From Gammaproteobacteria bacterium (lineage in GTDB: Bacteria; Pseudomonadota; Gammaproteobacteria; JABABF01), in assembly GCA_965237805.1 (NCBI GenBank), contig OZ250153.1, positions 384,001 through 448,000 of the forward strand: a stretch of 64,000 bases of DNA, read 5' to 3'. Both the position numbers and the translations under genes were made by a program. The notes under the pieces are model-generated. The model saw only the letters and a program-made list of their open reading frames with translations, was not told where the DNA came from and made no database searches. Within the stretch, counting starts at the first letter, position 1. Every line of letters starts with the position of its first letter. Positions 10,660 through 21,487 of this stretch are shown here, one piece after another.

Positions 10660-12026
10660 ATTATACGGGGTTTTAGCCGCACACCTTGGAGAAAGTTTGT
10701 CATTTCCGACATGCCCCGTGTATATAAATCGGCATACTCACCAACCAAAGATGCAGGGATCTTTCCTGGAATTTTGACCAAGAATCTTGCTTTCCTCGGA
10801 TCTGTGTTGAGTGTCTCGGCGGCGTACAAGAATGACCAAATATCTTTACCTTCAGCTTTAGTAGAAATTAGAGGGCGAGCATGAAGGTCGTCGAGCCAAT
10901 ATTTGGTTTTATCGTCAACTGGAAGACCAGCTGACAACGCTGCACGTCGAATCAGGCAAGGCACACAATAACCACAATGTTGTGGCCTCTCTCCCTTGCG
11001 TCTAATTTTTTCTGGAGCAGAGCAGGACATAGAACGGCAGGCTATTTTAGAAAGAAATTGGATATTTTGACACTCTCTCACCATCTCTCCTTTTGTCTTA
11101 AAGCAGTACGGATTTTCAAAGGTAATTTTCTGATCAAAAATAGATGTGAGCTCTGTCATACAGTCAAGAAAGAAAGGATGGGTAGTTCGCGTGCTAAGCG
11201 CACCTAAACGCAAAGGATCCAAAGGCACATTCAATGCGATCAAGCCATTCTCAGGAACGATTACTTTATTTAATGTTGGGAGTGCATTTGCTGCCAACGC
11301 AGCCATAGCATAGAACAAAAAACTTCGAGAACGTTGCGTCGGCTCAACGCCTTCGGTGCACAAACTCTGCTTATCAAATCCGATGCGAGAACGAATCGAA
11401 ATAAATGCTTCTTTACCATAATGCTGCTCCATTGATTGAAGCACACGCTGCTGTGCTGCAGATGCTGCCCCACTCCAGTAATGACTTATCAATATTGGAG
11501 TCTTGTATCTAGACAATAAATCTATAGCGCCAATCAGACTATCCAGCCCCCCTGAAAACAATGCCACTGCATCGGGAGATGACGGTGCCAAGCTTGCTGG
11601 TATACGCGCCAACAATCTACAAGAGTCCGGACGGGATCGAAAACAGAAAGTCCATGAATCACCCGTCAAAAATTTCAGCATCATAGAGAGATGCGTGCCC
11701 ATGCCACTCCAAGCAGATGGATCACTAACTGGAATATATAGTTTAATCTGACGAGTCCATCGATCCTCAGAATAAATTTTTCGCAATACACGAGTATCAG
11801 CCGCCCAAACTGTTGCGGCAATGATCAATAGATCAATAGACTTTTCACATGGATTTAGATCCCAACAGCATAACTTATCCAATAGACCAGAAAGGCCACA
11901 TTTCAGTTTAGATGTATTGTTGGAATCCACAAAATCAACTTGCAGAACACCTTCCAAATGAGACAAGGAAGATCTTCCAAGATAATCGTTTTTCCCCAAT
12001 TTTGCTATTAATTTCACATCCATCAT
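10656..12026 (-). CDS. qatC: Qat system QueC-like protein
   Basis: FSGGLDS PP-loop, TQRSRSFLF, PENG, STRTTHP, SCS...HCGYCVPCLIRR Zn site. Confidence 0.92.
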   Translation of the reverse strand: MMDVKLIAKLGKNDYLGRSSLSHLEGVLQVDFVDSNNTSKLKCGLSGLLDKLCCWDLNPCEKSIDLLIIAATVWAADTRVLRKIYSEDRWTRQIKLYIPVSDPSAWSGMGTHLSMMLKFLTGDSWTFCFRSRPDSCRLLARIPASLAPSSPDAVALFSGGLDSLIGAIDLLSRYKTPILISHYWSGAASAAQQRVLQSMEQHYGKEAFISIRSRIGFDKQSLCTEGVEPTQRSRSFLFYAMAALAANALPTLNKVIVPENGLIALNVPLDPLRLGALSTRTTHPFFLDCMTELTSIFDQKITFENPYCFKTKGEMVRECQNIQFLSKIACRSMSCSAPEKIRRKGERPQHCGYCVPCLIRRAALSAGLPVDDKTKYWLDDLHARPLISTKAEGKDIWSFLYAAETLNTDPRKARFLVKIPGKIPASLVGEYADLYTRGMSEMTNFLQGVRLKPRII

Positions 12027-12727
12027 CGGGCCTTTAGGCAAGCATCGAGAATCGTAAACGAATTGGCGAACACTCTAATCATTAGCGAATGTATTCTTCC
12101 TGGTATTAAATTCGGAGCCCATAATCGTTCAGATCTAATAGCATCACGAACAGAACGTAATGTGTAATCATGCAATGTTGCTTCAGCTTTTTGAAAATGT
12201 TCATTGCTCAAAGAACGATGGAGACTTTTTGTGGCAATTTCATTAATAACCTTTAATATAATGCATTGTGCTATAACATCAGCCACAAATTCTTCAAGCT
12301 GATCGGCATCAAGGTCTTCGAAATTAATGATATTGTCCGAATCAAACTTAGCAGCGGCCATCAACATGGCCGCGCGCGAAACTGGTGCATCAATGAAGCC
12401 GCTGCCAGGGCACAGCATATCTGTGAGCTCATCGAGAACTTCGGCTACGGGTCGACCGACCATTCCCTCTAATTGAAATATCTGTAATGCTTCCGTCGGA
12501 CCAGTTATGACAAACTGGTTCGCAAAGTGAACGAGGGAGGAAGCTAGTTGTGTAGATCCGGGCATGCGCCGAGCTGCTCCCGCACCGCCACCTGCACCCT
12601 CAAGATAGTCAGATATAGCATGCGAGAGATGTGAGAGCTGGGTCGCACCGCCATGAATAAATTTGGTGAAGTTTCTCCGAGCATTAGTAAATTCAGGCGA
12701 CCCGGAGCTGGTGCTAGATGTTCCCAT
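12023..12727 (-). CDS. qatB: Qat system protein QatB
   Basis: N-terminal MGTS, NFT, GGGAGAARRM, LCPGSG; lies between qatA and qatC. Confidence 0.85.
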   Translation of the reverse strand: MGTSSTSSGSPEFTNARRNFTKFIHGGATQLSHLSHAISDYLEGAGGGAGAARRMPGSTQLASSLVHFANQFVITGPTEALQIFQLEGMVGRPVAEVLDELTDMLCPGSGFIDAPVSRAAMLMAAAKFDSDNIINFEDLDADQLEEFVADVIAQCIILKVINEIATKSLHRSLSNEHFQKAEATLHDYTLRSVRDAIRSERLWAPNLIPGRIHSLMIRVFANSFTILDACLKAR

Positions 12728-12732
12728 TGATG

Positions 12733-14673
12733 CTATTCCGGCCTTTGCTTAATAGCAAGTATGGCGGCCATCTGAAGCGGCGTATTGGTATCTTGGTCAG
12801 CCCAATCATGAATGAGCCTGTCGAGATTGTTCTTCGGTTTTGTTTCAGTAATAGAATCATCCCAACCAATAACAGCCCAAGGACCTATTTTATCAGTTGG
12901 GAGTTCTGACAACATGGAGACAGTTCGGCTCTGAAGTGATGGATACACCTTACATAATTCGGCTAGACCGTCAATGCCACTAGGTTGCCTCTTGAAGTCG
13001 GGAGCTGACTGTATTGTTCGCACAACCGCGTTGAACACCTGCTCTATAACGGAATCAGGCTGTTTGCATATTTCCTTGGAAACAAATTTGGCACCCATTT
13101 TTGATCCACATAGCTTCTCAACCCATTCTTGAATCAACGACAATGTCGATGTCGCGGTAAACACAGATTTTCGATCACGAGAAATAAACAGATAGGGACG
13201 AATATCTTGAGAGCTAAGGGGTGGATCCAGTCTTGCCCAACGATTGGCCCATTCGTTTTTCTTCCATTCATCCTGGCTACTATCCTCTGTCTGATTAAGT
13301 TTTATAGCTTTTGTCCATCTATCTCCTTTACTCTTTTTTCCGGCACCTTTAACCATGTGATTGCCAGTGGGATGCGCATGTGTTTCCAGCATCTGTATTG
13401 TTGGCGATTTTCCGGTTGCAGTGGCTTCTCGCTCTACTTGCTCAAAAAATCGTGGCTCAAAGCGTTCGGCGAGCATGAGTTTGGCGAGTACCGCTTTATT
13501 AATCGCTGATTCGATACCGCGTTGCGACGCGATAGTGAGACGAAGGTGCATCGTATTGAGAAAACGCTTAATCTGACGAGGATTGCCTCTGGCACCGTCC
13601 GTCAACAATGGAGCGATCTGGTCAGCGAGTTGTAGTGCAGATTCAACCTCTGGCGGTATTTCCCCAAATTTCTCAACCAAGAGTGAACGATCGAAGCCCT
13701 CTCCTACCCACGGTTCTCGCAAGACGTCACGAGCGATCTCGATCAAATTTCTAAAAACAGGGTGATCCTCACCCAAATGCAGACTGGCATTAAGTAGCGT
13801 TATGTAGGTGCGAGTTTCCACGTACCCCAACGGGGGTAGCCTGAACGGCACCTGTATTAGCTTTTCCAAATAGTTTCGTGCATACGACATAGCCCCACTG
13901 TCAGCTGGTAGGTTAGGAAAATGCTGCGTCACTGCATACTCAATCATTGTTTCATCGGCAGCAATGACGAATGCTGCACCTGGCACAAATAGAAACAACC
14001 GAATGGCTTCGAGTGTCTCTAGTGCTGTCGATGGCAAGCAGCGGTCAAGGTCATCAACTACAACAACTAGCCACTTAATGTTCGCTGCTTCGAGGAGATC
14101 TCTGAACTCATCTCTAAAAGCGTGGATATGCGTGGGGATAGTATCGGGAGTGTCAGCTTTGAGCATCGACCCAGCGTCGGAAACAAAGCCAGCAAGCGCA
14201 CCCATGCTAAGTGCCCCCTCCTGCCCGCAGAGCCCCTTTGCAGCCGCTAAAATATCCTTAGCCTGTTCGACTGTCCGCATCCCCGTCGTGGCTGTCACTG
14301 TCAAGCCTCCCAACTGCCGTGCCAACTTCATCCAGTCAACGCGCTTCAGAACTTTAGCTGCTTTTTCTTTAAGCCCATCCGTTTGTGGTCGATTCCGTAG
14401 TAATTCATCAACGATGGTTTCAATCAATACCGCTTTAGTGTCTTCAAACCCTTGAAAGAGCCAACCATTAAAGCGGATACAGAGCGTATCATCTTCACCA
14501 GCAAATGCTTGCTCCAGCATCATTAGAATGCTTGATTTACCGGCACCCCAATCACCGTGAACCCCGACAGTTAGTGGCTTATCGCCAGACTGCTTGAGTA
14601 ACTCAACAATCGTCCCAGCAATAGCCTCGTAATAGAGCAGGTCGACAGCCGTCTCGTTGTCGGGGATAATCAT
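12733..14673 (-). CDS. qatA: Qat system KAP-family P-loop NTPase
   Basis: DNETAVDLL, GDWGAGKSS, DDLDRC, YLEKLIQVPF, NPRQIKRFLN. Start probably MIIPDNET (upstream ATGs possible). Confidence 0.92.
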   Translation of the reverse strand: MIIPDNETAVDLLYYEAIAGTIVELLKQSGDKPLTVGVHGDWGAGKSSILMMLEQAFAGEDDTLCIRFNGWLFQGFEDTKAVLIETIVDELLRNRPQTDGLKEKAAKVLKRVDWMKLARQLGGLTVTATTGMRTVEQAKDILAAAKGLCGQEGALSMGALAGFVSDAGSMLKADTPDTIPTHIHAFRDEFRDLLEAANIKWLVVVVDDLDRCLPSTALETLEAIRLFLFVPGAAFVIAADETMIEYAVTQHFPNLPADSGAMSYARNYLEKLIQVPFRLPPLGYVETRTYITLLNASLHLGEDHPVFRNLIEIARDVLREPWVGEGFDRSLLVEKFGEIPPEVESALQLADQIAPLLTDGARGNPRQIKRFLNTMHLRLTIASQRGIESAINKAVLAKLMLAERFEPRFFEQVEREATATGKSPTIQMLETHAHPTGNHMVKGAGKKSKGDRWTKAIKLNQTEDSSQDEWKKNEWANRWARLDPPLSSQDIRPYLFISRDRKSVFTATSTLSLIQEWVEKLCGSKMGAKFVSKEICKQPDSVIEQVFNAVVRTIQSAPDFKRQPSGIDGLAELCKVYPSLQSRTVSMLSELPTDKIGPWAVIGWDDSITETKPKNNLDRLIHDWADQDTNTPLQMAAILAIKQRPE

Positions 14674-14952
14674 TGACCGCATCTTACTCATGGCATCTTC
14701 CGATTTGGATGGCACAGGATACAAGCACACTAAGGAACGTCCGATTGATTATCCGCTCAGAAAAATGATAGGTCAATAGTCTCTTCTGCATCTACAACAC
14801 GAGGTGAAACCTTCAGCCTCTGGCAGCTAGAGAATAGACAGAGTACCTTATTCAGGCTTCACTTGAAAACCATAGCCCCCATCCAACCCTGAATCGGCCA
14901 TAATATCCACTGCCACACCGCCCACCCGCACCACTGCCCCACCCTTTGCGCC

Positions 14953-16494
14953 ATGAGCACCAAATACCTCAACTTGCCCGCCGCCAAACTGGTCGAGCTC
15001 GCCTTGCAACGGGGCGAGGGACGGCTGTCGGATACCGGTGCTCTCGTCGTCGAGACCGGCAAGCGCACCGGGCGCTCGCCGCTCGACCGCTATATCGTCC
15101 AGGAACCCGCCACCGAAAATGATATCGATTGGGGCAAGATCAACCGTCCCTTCGAGCGCGAGCGCTTCGATGCGCTGTGGAACCGCCTGCAGAGCTATCT
15201 CGGGCAGCGCGACCATTTCTGTGCCGAATTGCACTGCGGAGCCAATCCCGACCACTGCGTTCCGATCGAGGTGAAATCGGAAACCGCCTGGCACTGCCTG
15301 TTCGCACACAATATGTTCGTGCACCCAACGCGTTTCAACCCCAACCGGCAAGCCGTGTGGCAGGTGATCAACGCCGCCCACTTCGAGTGCGAGCCAAAAC
15401 GCGATGGCACCCACAGCGATGGTGCCGTGATCATCGATTTTGTCGGCCATCGGGTCTTGCTGGCCGGGATGCGCTATGCCGGCGAGATGAAAAAAGCCAT
15501 GTTCTCGGTGCAGAACTACCTGTTGGTCGAGCGCAATGTGCTGCCGATGCACTGTGCCGCCAATGTCGATGAGCAGGATCGGGTCTCGCTGCTGTTCGGC
15601 CTGTCCGGCACTGGCAAAACCACGCTGTCGGCAGATCCGGAATGCTATCTGATCGGCGATGACGAGCACGGCTGGGCCGAGGGCTCGGTCTTCAATCTGG
15701 AAGGCGGTTGCTATGCCAAGTGCATCAATCTGGATCAAACCCGTGAACCGGTGATCTGGAAGGCGATCCGCTTTGGTGCCATCCTCGAGAATGTGGCGCT
15801 GGACGAAAACAGCTTGGCGGTCGATTACAACGACAGTGGTCGCACCGAAAACACGCGCTGCTGCTATCCCTTAGAGCATGTGGAAAGGCGTGTGCCCGGC
15901 GGCAGTGCCGACGAGCCAGAAGCCGTGATATTCCTCACCTGCGATGTCAGCGGTGTGCTGCCGCCGGTGTCGATGCTGTCGCGAGCAGCCGCCGCCTACC
16001 ATTTCCTCAGCGGCTACACCGCCAAGGTCGGCGGCACCGAGCTGGGAGTCAAGGGCATCCAATCGACTTTTTCCACCTGCTTTGGCGCTCCCTTCTTCCC
16101 GCGCCCGGCGGGTGTCTACGCCGAGCTGCTGATGCAGCGCATGCGCAAATTCGATAGCTCCGCCTATCTGGTCAACACCGGCTGGACCGGCGGCCCCGGC
16201 ACCCCTGGGGGCACCGGCCAGCGCTTCGATATTCCGGTGACGCGCGCCATCATCACCGCCATCCAAACCGGTGGCTTGAAAGATGTTGGACGACATCAGC
16301 TCAAGCAGTTGAATTTGGATATTCCCAAAGCCGTGCCCGGTGTCGACAGCAAAATATTGCAACCGCGCCAGACCTGGCAGGACGGCAAAGAATACGATCG
16401 CTATGCGAAGGATTTGATCGGGCGTTTTGCCGAAAATTTCAAGCGCTTTGATGTGCCGGACGACATCATCGCCGCTGGCCCCCAAGCTGCCTGA
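14953..16494 (+). CDS. pckA: Phosphoenolpyruvate carboxykinase (ATP)
   Basis: [38 protein letters not shown]. Confidence 0.97.
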   Translation: MSTKYLNLPAAKLVELALQRGEGRLSDTGALVVETGKRTGRSPLDRYIVQEPATENDIDWGKINRPFERERFDALWNRLQSYLGQRDHFCAELHCGANPDHCVPIEVKSETAWHCLFAHNMFVHPTRFNPNRQAVWQVINAAHFECEPKRDGTHSDGAVIIDFVGHRVLLAGMRYAGEMKKAMFSVQNYLLVERNVLPMHCAANVDEQDRVSLLFGLSGTGKTTLSADPECYLIGDDEHGWAEGSVFNLEGGCYAKCINLDQTREPVIWKAIRFGAILENVALDENSLAVDYNDSGRTENTRCCYPLEHVERRVPGGSADEPEAVIFLTCDVSGVLPPVSMLSRAAAAYHFLSGYTAKVGGTELGVKGIQSTFSTCFGAPFFPRPAGVYAELLMQRMRKFDSSAYLVNTGWTGGPGTPGGTGQRFDIPVTRAIITAIQTGGLKDVGRHQLKQLNLDIPKAVPGVDSKILQPRQTWQDGKEYDRYAKDLIGRFAENFKRFDVPDDIIAAGPQAA

Positions 16495-16504
16495 TGGCCT
16501 GAGC

Positions 16505-18349
16505 ATGCCCACCTATCGCTCCCATACCACGACACGCGGGCGCCACCAAGCGGGGGCTCGTGCGCTGTGGCGCGCCACCGGCATGGTCGATGAGGACTTC
16601 GACAAGCCGATTATCGCCATCGCCAATTCCTACACCCAATTCGTGCCCGGCCATGTGCATCTGCGCGATCTGGGCGAGCTGGTGGCCAGCGAAATCTCCC
16701 GCTGCGGCGGCGTGGGGCGGGAGTTTCACACCATCGCCGTCGACGACGGCATCGCCATGGGGCACGACGGCATGCTCTACAGCTTGCCCTCGCGCGAAAT
16801 CATCGCCGATTCGATCGAATATATGAGCAATGCGCACTGCGCCGATGCCTTGGTGTGTATCTCCAACTGCGACAAAATCACCCCCGGCATGTTGTTGGCC
16901 ACGCTGCGCTTGAATATCCCGACCATCTTTGTCTCTGGCGGCCCGATGGAAGCTGGCAAAACTCGCCTCGCCGACTCACGCCGACTCGATCTGATCGATG
17001 CCATGGTCATCGCTGCCGACCCCAATGCCAGCGACGAAGAAGCCGATGAGATCGAGCGCTCCGCCTGTCCGACTTGCGGCTCTTGCTCCGGCATGTTTAC
17101 CGCCAACTCGATGAATTGCCTGACCGAGGCGCTCGGGCTTGCGCTACCCGGAAACGGCAGTCTGCTGGCCACCCATGCCGACCGCCGTCAGCTCTTCCTC
17201 GAAGCTGGCCGACGCATCGTCGCGTTGACCAAGCGCTACTATGAGGACGGCGACGAAACGGCTCTGCCCCGCAACATCGCCTCATTTCAGGCCTTCGAAA
17301 ACGCCATTTCACTGGATATCGCCATGGGCGGATCGACCAACACCATCCTGCATCTGCTGGCCGCCGCCCGCGAGGGTGAAGTGCCCTTCTCCATCAACGA
17401 CATCGACCGCCTGTCCAAACAGGTGCCACATCTGTGCAAGGTGGCACCGAGCATCCCCGACTACCACATGGAAGATGTGCACCGGGCGGGGGGGGTCATG
17501 GCCATCCTGGGAGAATTGCAGCGCGCTGGCTTATTGCACGAGGAGTTGCCCACTGTGCACGAGCCGAGCATGGCGTCGGCACTGGCCAAATGGGACTTGC
17601 TGCAGACCGACAGCGAGGCGGTGCGCGAGTTCTACCGCGCCGGACCAGCCGGCATCAAGACGCAACAGGCATTCAGCCAGGACACCCGCTGGGATACGGT
17701 GGACACCGACCGCCAACAGGGCTGTATTCGCGACCCCGAGCACGCCTACAGCCAAGACGGTGGTCTCGCCATCTTGCGCGGCAATCTGGCTCTCGACAGC
17801 TGTGTGGTCAAAACCGCCGGGGTGGATGCCGATCTGCTGGTTTTCGAAGGTCCGGCACGCGTCACCGAGAGCCAAGACGCGGCGGTGGAACTGATCTTGG
17901 GTGGCACCCTGCAAGCCGGGGAAGTGCTGATCGTGCGCTACGAGGGGCCGCGCGGCGGCCCGGGAATGCAAGAAATGCTCTATCCCACCAGCTATCTGAA
18001 ATCGGTCGGCTTGGGTCGGGACTGCGCCTTGGTCACAGATGGTCGCTTCTCTGGCGGCAGCACCGGGCTGTGCCTCGGGCATGTCTCGCCCGAGGCTGCC
18101 AGCGGCGGCAATATCGCCCTCGTCGAAGACGGCGACCTGATCCGCATCGACATCCCTCAGCGGCGCTTGGAGCTGGTGTTGCCAGCAGAGCAGTTGGCCG
18201 AGCGCAGAGCGGCGATGGAGCGACGCGAGCGACCGTGGGAGCCGAGTGAAGCGCGGCCACGCCATGTGTCGACCGCTTTACGTGCCTATGCGGGCATGGC
18301 GACCAGCGCCGATCAGGGCGCGGTGAGAGAATTGGCGCAGACTGCCTAA
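16505..18349 (+). CDS. ilvD: Dihydroxy-acid dehydratase
   Basis: MPTYRS start, [40 protein letters not shown]. Confidence 0.97.
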   Translation: MPTYRSHTTTRGRHQAGARALWRATGMVDEDFDKPIIAIANSYTQFVPGHVHLRDLGELVASEISRCGGVGREFHTIAVDDGIAMGHDGMLYSLPSREIIADSIEYMSNAHCADALVCISNCDKITPGMLLATLRLNIPTIFVSGGPMEAGKTRLADSRRLDLIDAMVIAADPNASDEEADEIERSACPTCGSCSGMFTANSMNCLTEALGLALPGNGSLLATHADRRQLFLEAGRRIVALTKRYYEDGDETALPRNIASFQAFENAISLDIAMGGSTNTILHLLAAAREGEVPFSINDIDRLSKQVPHLCKVAPSIPDYHMEDVHRAGGVMAILGELQRAGLLHEELPTVHEPSMASALAKWDLLQTDSEAVREFYRAGPAGIKTQQAFSQDTRWDTVDTDRQQGCIRDPEHAYSQDGGLAILRGNLALDSCVVKTAGVDADLLVFEGPARVTESQDAAVELILGGTLQAGEVLIVRYEGPRGGPGMQEMLYPTSYLKSVGLGRDCALVTDGRFSGGSTGLCLGHVSPEAASGGNIALVEDGDLIRIDIPQRRLELVLPAEQLAERRAAMERRERPWEPSEARPRHVSTALRAYAGMATSADQGAVRELAQTA

Positions 18350-18360
18350 GCGCTGCGCTG

Positions 18361-19875
18361 TCAGCCTTTTTTGGGTCGGCGGTGGCGGCCAGCAGCCAAA
18401 TCCTTCGCCAGCAACTCGCGGCGCTGCATTTCGTTGTCGATATATTGCAACCACTGCTCGGCAGAGTGTAACTCGGTGGCCAAATCGATGACGCTCTTGG
18501 CATCCTGTTCGCGTTTTGCTATGTAGATTGTCTGGGGCTTTGCCCGCAGCTGCTCCCCGCTATCCTCGCTGACTTCCTCTTCGCTCACCTCCACACCGAT
18601 CTTCTCTAAGGCCTCTATTGCGTTCTGCAATAGTTGCCTGATCTCGGTTTTGGCTGCTTCGACTTGGTCGCGTTGGAACAGCGACATGCCGAGCAATAGC
18701 CGCACCGTGCCGCGCCGCTTCAATTGCTCGTGTTCCAAAGCCTTGCGCGCAGCCCCGCCAGCCAATTCATATTCGTAGTTGCCGTAGTACAAGCGCGCCA
18801 ATTGGGCGGAGATTTCGCCATCCTCCGCCAGCAATGCGGCTCGCTCCAACGCCTCGATCGCCAAATCGTCTTCCCGCGCGCTGCGCCAAGCGCTACCGAG
18901 CAATTTGAGATGCTTGGCCGTGGTCTTAATGCTCTTATCCCTGAGGCCGCGGGCGACCACCAAGGCCGCGCTGTACGGCACATCGGCCGCCAACAGCATA
19001 TAGGCTAAATTCAACTGCATGGCACCCCGATCCAACATATCCTGCTGGTAGGCGGTCCGCATAATCTGTAACTGCTTCTGCTCTTGGCCGAGCTGCCCGA
19101 TCATCGCCCCCCACTGCACCCAATACTCGCGCTTGGGCCAGCGCAGTAGCAATTCGCGCAACACGGCTGCTGTCTCTTTGTATTCCTCGCGCTCATAATG
19201 CAGCGTGCGCAACAACAGATACCACGACTCCTTCGGCTGCTGGCCGCGCTCGCGGGCGAGCGCCATCGCTTGGCGCACATTGCTCAGCGCTGTTCGATAA
19301 GCGCGCAAACGGTAATTGCAGTGCCCCATCAACACATAGGCCTCGGAAGATGGCTCTTCGACAAAATCAAACCACTCCCGCAAATAGCTGCGTGCCCGAG
19401 TGAACTTGCCACGGGAAAACTCTAGCTGAGTCAAGGTGTACAGCGTGTTGAGCTGCATGCCGAGCGGGATGGCCGTCGGGTCGGAGATGACACGGTTGTA
19501 GGCGCGTATGGCATCGGCCTCGCGCTCTTGGGCGTAGTAGATGTAGCCGTAAATGTTGTAGATGCTGGCCAGCTCGTAGCCATTGAGCTTATCGGGGCGA
19601 GCCAAGACGGAATCGAGCACCGCGGCCGCGGCCCAATAGTCCCGATTTGCCTCGATATGTGCCTGCGCAGCCGCCATCTTCTTGTAGATGGCATTGCTCA
19701 TCGCGGGCGTGCGCACGGTCGCCCGTGGCTTTTTCCGCTCCGACGAGTCGCGATATTGCGCCTGCGCCACGATGGGTGCCAGCGCCACGGCCAAGCAAAG
19801 CGGGCTCAGCAGGACAGCCAGCCACCAAGCGGCGACGCGGCGCGATGCGGCGGGAGAGTTAGTCTTCCAATTCAT
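18361..19875 (-). CDS. TPR protein of TtpC-type TonB system (TtpD-like)
   Basis: Signal peptide and TPR-like helical repeats; directly downstream of tonB. Confidence 0.8.
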   Translation of the reverse strand: MNWKTNSPAASRRVAAWWLAVLLSPLCLAVALAPIVAQAQYRDSSERKKPRATVRTPAMSNAIYKKMAAAQAHIEANRDYWAAAAVLDSVLARPDKLNGYELASIYNIYGYIYYAQEREADAIRAYNRVISDPTAIPLGMQLNTLYTLTQLEFSRGKFTRARSYLREWFDFVEEPSSEAYVLMGHCNYRLRAYRTALSNVRQAMALARERGQQPKESWYLLLRTLHYEREEYKETAAVLRELLLRWPKREYWVQWGAMIGQLGQEQKQLQIMRTAYQQDMLDRGAMQLNLAYMLLAADVPYSAALVVARGLRDKSIKTTAKHLKLLGSAWRSAREDDLAIEALERAALLAEDGEISAQLARLYYGNYEYELAGGAARKALEHEQLKRRGTVRLLLGMSLFQRDQVEAAKTEIRQLLQNAIEALEKIGVEVSEEEVSEDSGEQLRAKPQTIYIAKREQDAKSVIDLATELHSAEQWLQYIDNEMQRRELLAKDLAAGRHRRPKKG

Positions 19876-20476
19876 AAGTAAACATGTTTTGGACGCCGTT
19901 CACTTCGACCGGCTCGCCATCCACCACCCGCGGCTTATATTTGAATTTCAGCGAGGCGCGCAGCGAGCCGCGCTCGAAGAAGCGGTGGGAGCAGTCCACC
20001 ACCAACGGATCACGCACCGCCCCCGAGTAGGTGACCGTGTATTCAACGATGCAGTAGCCTTGAATGCCGCGACTGCGCGCCGCCGGCGGATACACCGGGG
20101 CAATCTTGACGATCGGCAGGTATTCCCCGTCGCCAGCAAAACCCGCCTGCAAGTTGACATTGGTGTTGAGCGCTGCCAAACCCATATGCAGCACGTTATC
20201 GTTCAGCTCGTGCTGCTGGTCCACAACGGGGTCTGGCGGTGCCAATAGCTCATCGGGCACTTCCTCCGGTCGATCCGGCAATTCGTCGTTGACATTCTCC
20301 GTGATATTGACATCTTCCATGATGATGTCGGCAATGCGCCGCTGTGGACCCAGATCCAAATCCACCGAATCGCGGTGGATCATCAGGTGCATGGCGATGA
20401 ATAGCCCGGCGGTGACCAGTGCCGCGCCAAGCCCAGCCAGCGAGAAGCGCACGATCCCCTTCAGCAAGGAGAGCAT
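19859..20476 (-). CDS. tonB: Energy transducer TonB
   Basis: N-terminal TM anchor; C-terminal PVYP.AARSRGIQG...KFKYKP. Confidence 0.9.
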   Translation of the reverse strand: MLSLLKGIVRFSLAGLGAALVTAGLFIAMHLMIHRDSVDLDLGPQRRIADIIMEDVNITENVNDELPDRPEEVPDELLAPPDPVVDQQHELNDNVLHMGLAALNTNVNLQAGFAGDGEYLPIVKIAPVYPPAARSRGIQGYCIVEYTVTYSGAVRDPLVVDCSHRFFERGSLRASLKFKYKPRVVDGEPVEVNGVQNMFTYELED

Positions 20477-20494
20477 GCGGTGCCCCAGCTGTAC

Positions 20495-20905
20495 TCAATT
20501 ACCCACAGTGGAAAGAATGACATCGTAAATTCCGACAGCGCGTGCGGCATCGATGATGCCAACCACCATCTCTGTATCCGATTTGTTGTCGGCCTGCACC
20601 ACCACACCGCTACTCGGGTTCTCGGCACGCATACGCTCGATGTTGGCGCGCACCGAGCGCAGATCAATGCGCCGGCGGTCGATCCAAATCTCGTTATCGG
20701 CACTGACGGCGATCAAGATTTGCACTTGATCTTGGCGCTGGGCGGTTTCGGCTTCTGGGCGGTTGACATCAATGCCGGTCTCTTTGACAAAGGATGCCGT
20801 CACGATGAAAAAGATCAACATGATAAAAACGACATCGAGCATCGGCGTCAGATCGATCTCGGCATCTCCGGAGCCGGCCGCCCGACTGAGGGGCGAGCGC
20901 CTCAC
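20495..20905 (-). CDS. exbD: Biopolymer transporter ExbD
   Basis: IDLTPMLDVVFIMLIFFIVT; GTG start overlaps the exbB stop. Confidence 0.92.
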   Translation of the reverse strand: MRRSPLSRAAGSGDAEIDLTPMLDVVFIMLIFFIVTASFVKETGIDVNRPEAETAQRQDQVQILIAVSADNEIWIDRRRIDLRSVRANIERMRAENPSSGVVVQADNKSDTEMVVGIIDAARAVGIYDVILSTVGN

Positions 20906-21477
20906 CGCGCCAGCTCCGGCGCAATGGCAGCATCCAAACTCAGTGCCGTCTCGGCTTGGGCTTGACGCTTGTCGGCCATGCTCTCTAAGAGCAACAGCAC
21001 AAAGACGCCGGACAGCGCCGCCACCATGCCGGCCATGGTCGGAATCGTGGCGTGAGAGACGCCGCCAGCCATCGCCCGCACATTGCCACCGCCGCTGACC
21101 GCCATCACATGAAACACCTCGATCATGCCGGTGACGGTGCCGAGCAGGCCGAGCAGCGGACACAGCGCCGTCAGCGTGCGGATCATCGGCAGACGAGCGC
21201 GTATGACCTCGCGCAAGCCAGCCAGCGCCGCCAAGCGGTACTGGCGGGCATACCACGAACCGCGCTCAGCGCGCTGCTGCCAATATTGGGCCTCGCTCGA
21301 CATCTGTAGACGCAGGCGGGTGCCACTATAGAAGAGAAAGCGTTCGATGGCCAAATACCACATGGCAAAAACCACGCCGACGATCAACCACAGCACTTGG
21401 CCACCGCGATCCATAAAAGCCCGCAAGGTTTCCAGCCACTCGACCAATTCGGCGAGGATGACGGCCATGGTGAGCAC
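20902..21477 (-). CDS. exbB: MotA/TolQ/ExbB proton channel protein
   Basis: PLLGLLGTVTGMI, AGGVSHA..PT.AG. Confidence 0.88.
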   Translation of the reverse strand: MLTMAVILAELVEWLETLRAFMDRGGQVLWLIVGVVFAMWYLAIERFLFYSGTRLRLQMSSEAQYWQQRAERGSWYARQYRLAALAGLREVIRARLPMIRTLTALCPLLGLLGTVTGMIEVFHVMAVSGGGNVRAMAGGVSHATIPTMAGMVAALSGVFVLLLLESMADKRQAQAETALSLDAAIAPELAR

Positions 21478-21487
21478 TGCTGCGGCC

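Larger units (their letters stand above)
1..14850. mobile_element. Defence/genomic island, right part (left end outside window)
   Basis: Clustered defence genes (type I R-M, Qat, MNT pair). Composition is mosaic and visibly lower in GC than the core from pckA onward. No integrase or att site seen in the window; boundary approximate. Confidence 0.7.

Noticed and set aside
10656-12026. Housekeeping queC or a Dpd DNA-modification system linked to queG
   Set aside because: Length, motifs and the KAP/QatB/TatD context identify QatC; no dpdA, and queG is in its normal core position.
14848-15738. 296-aa ORF antisense to pckA
   Set aside because: Shadow ORF typical of GC-rich codon bias; no recognisable motifs.
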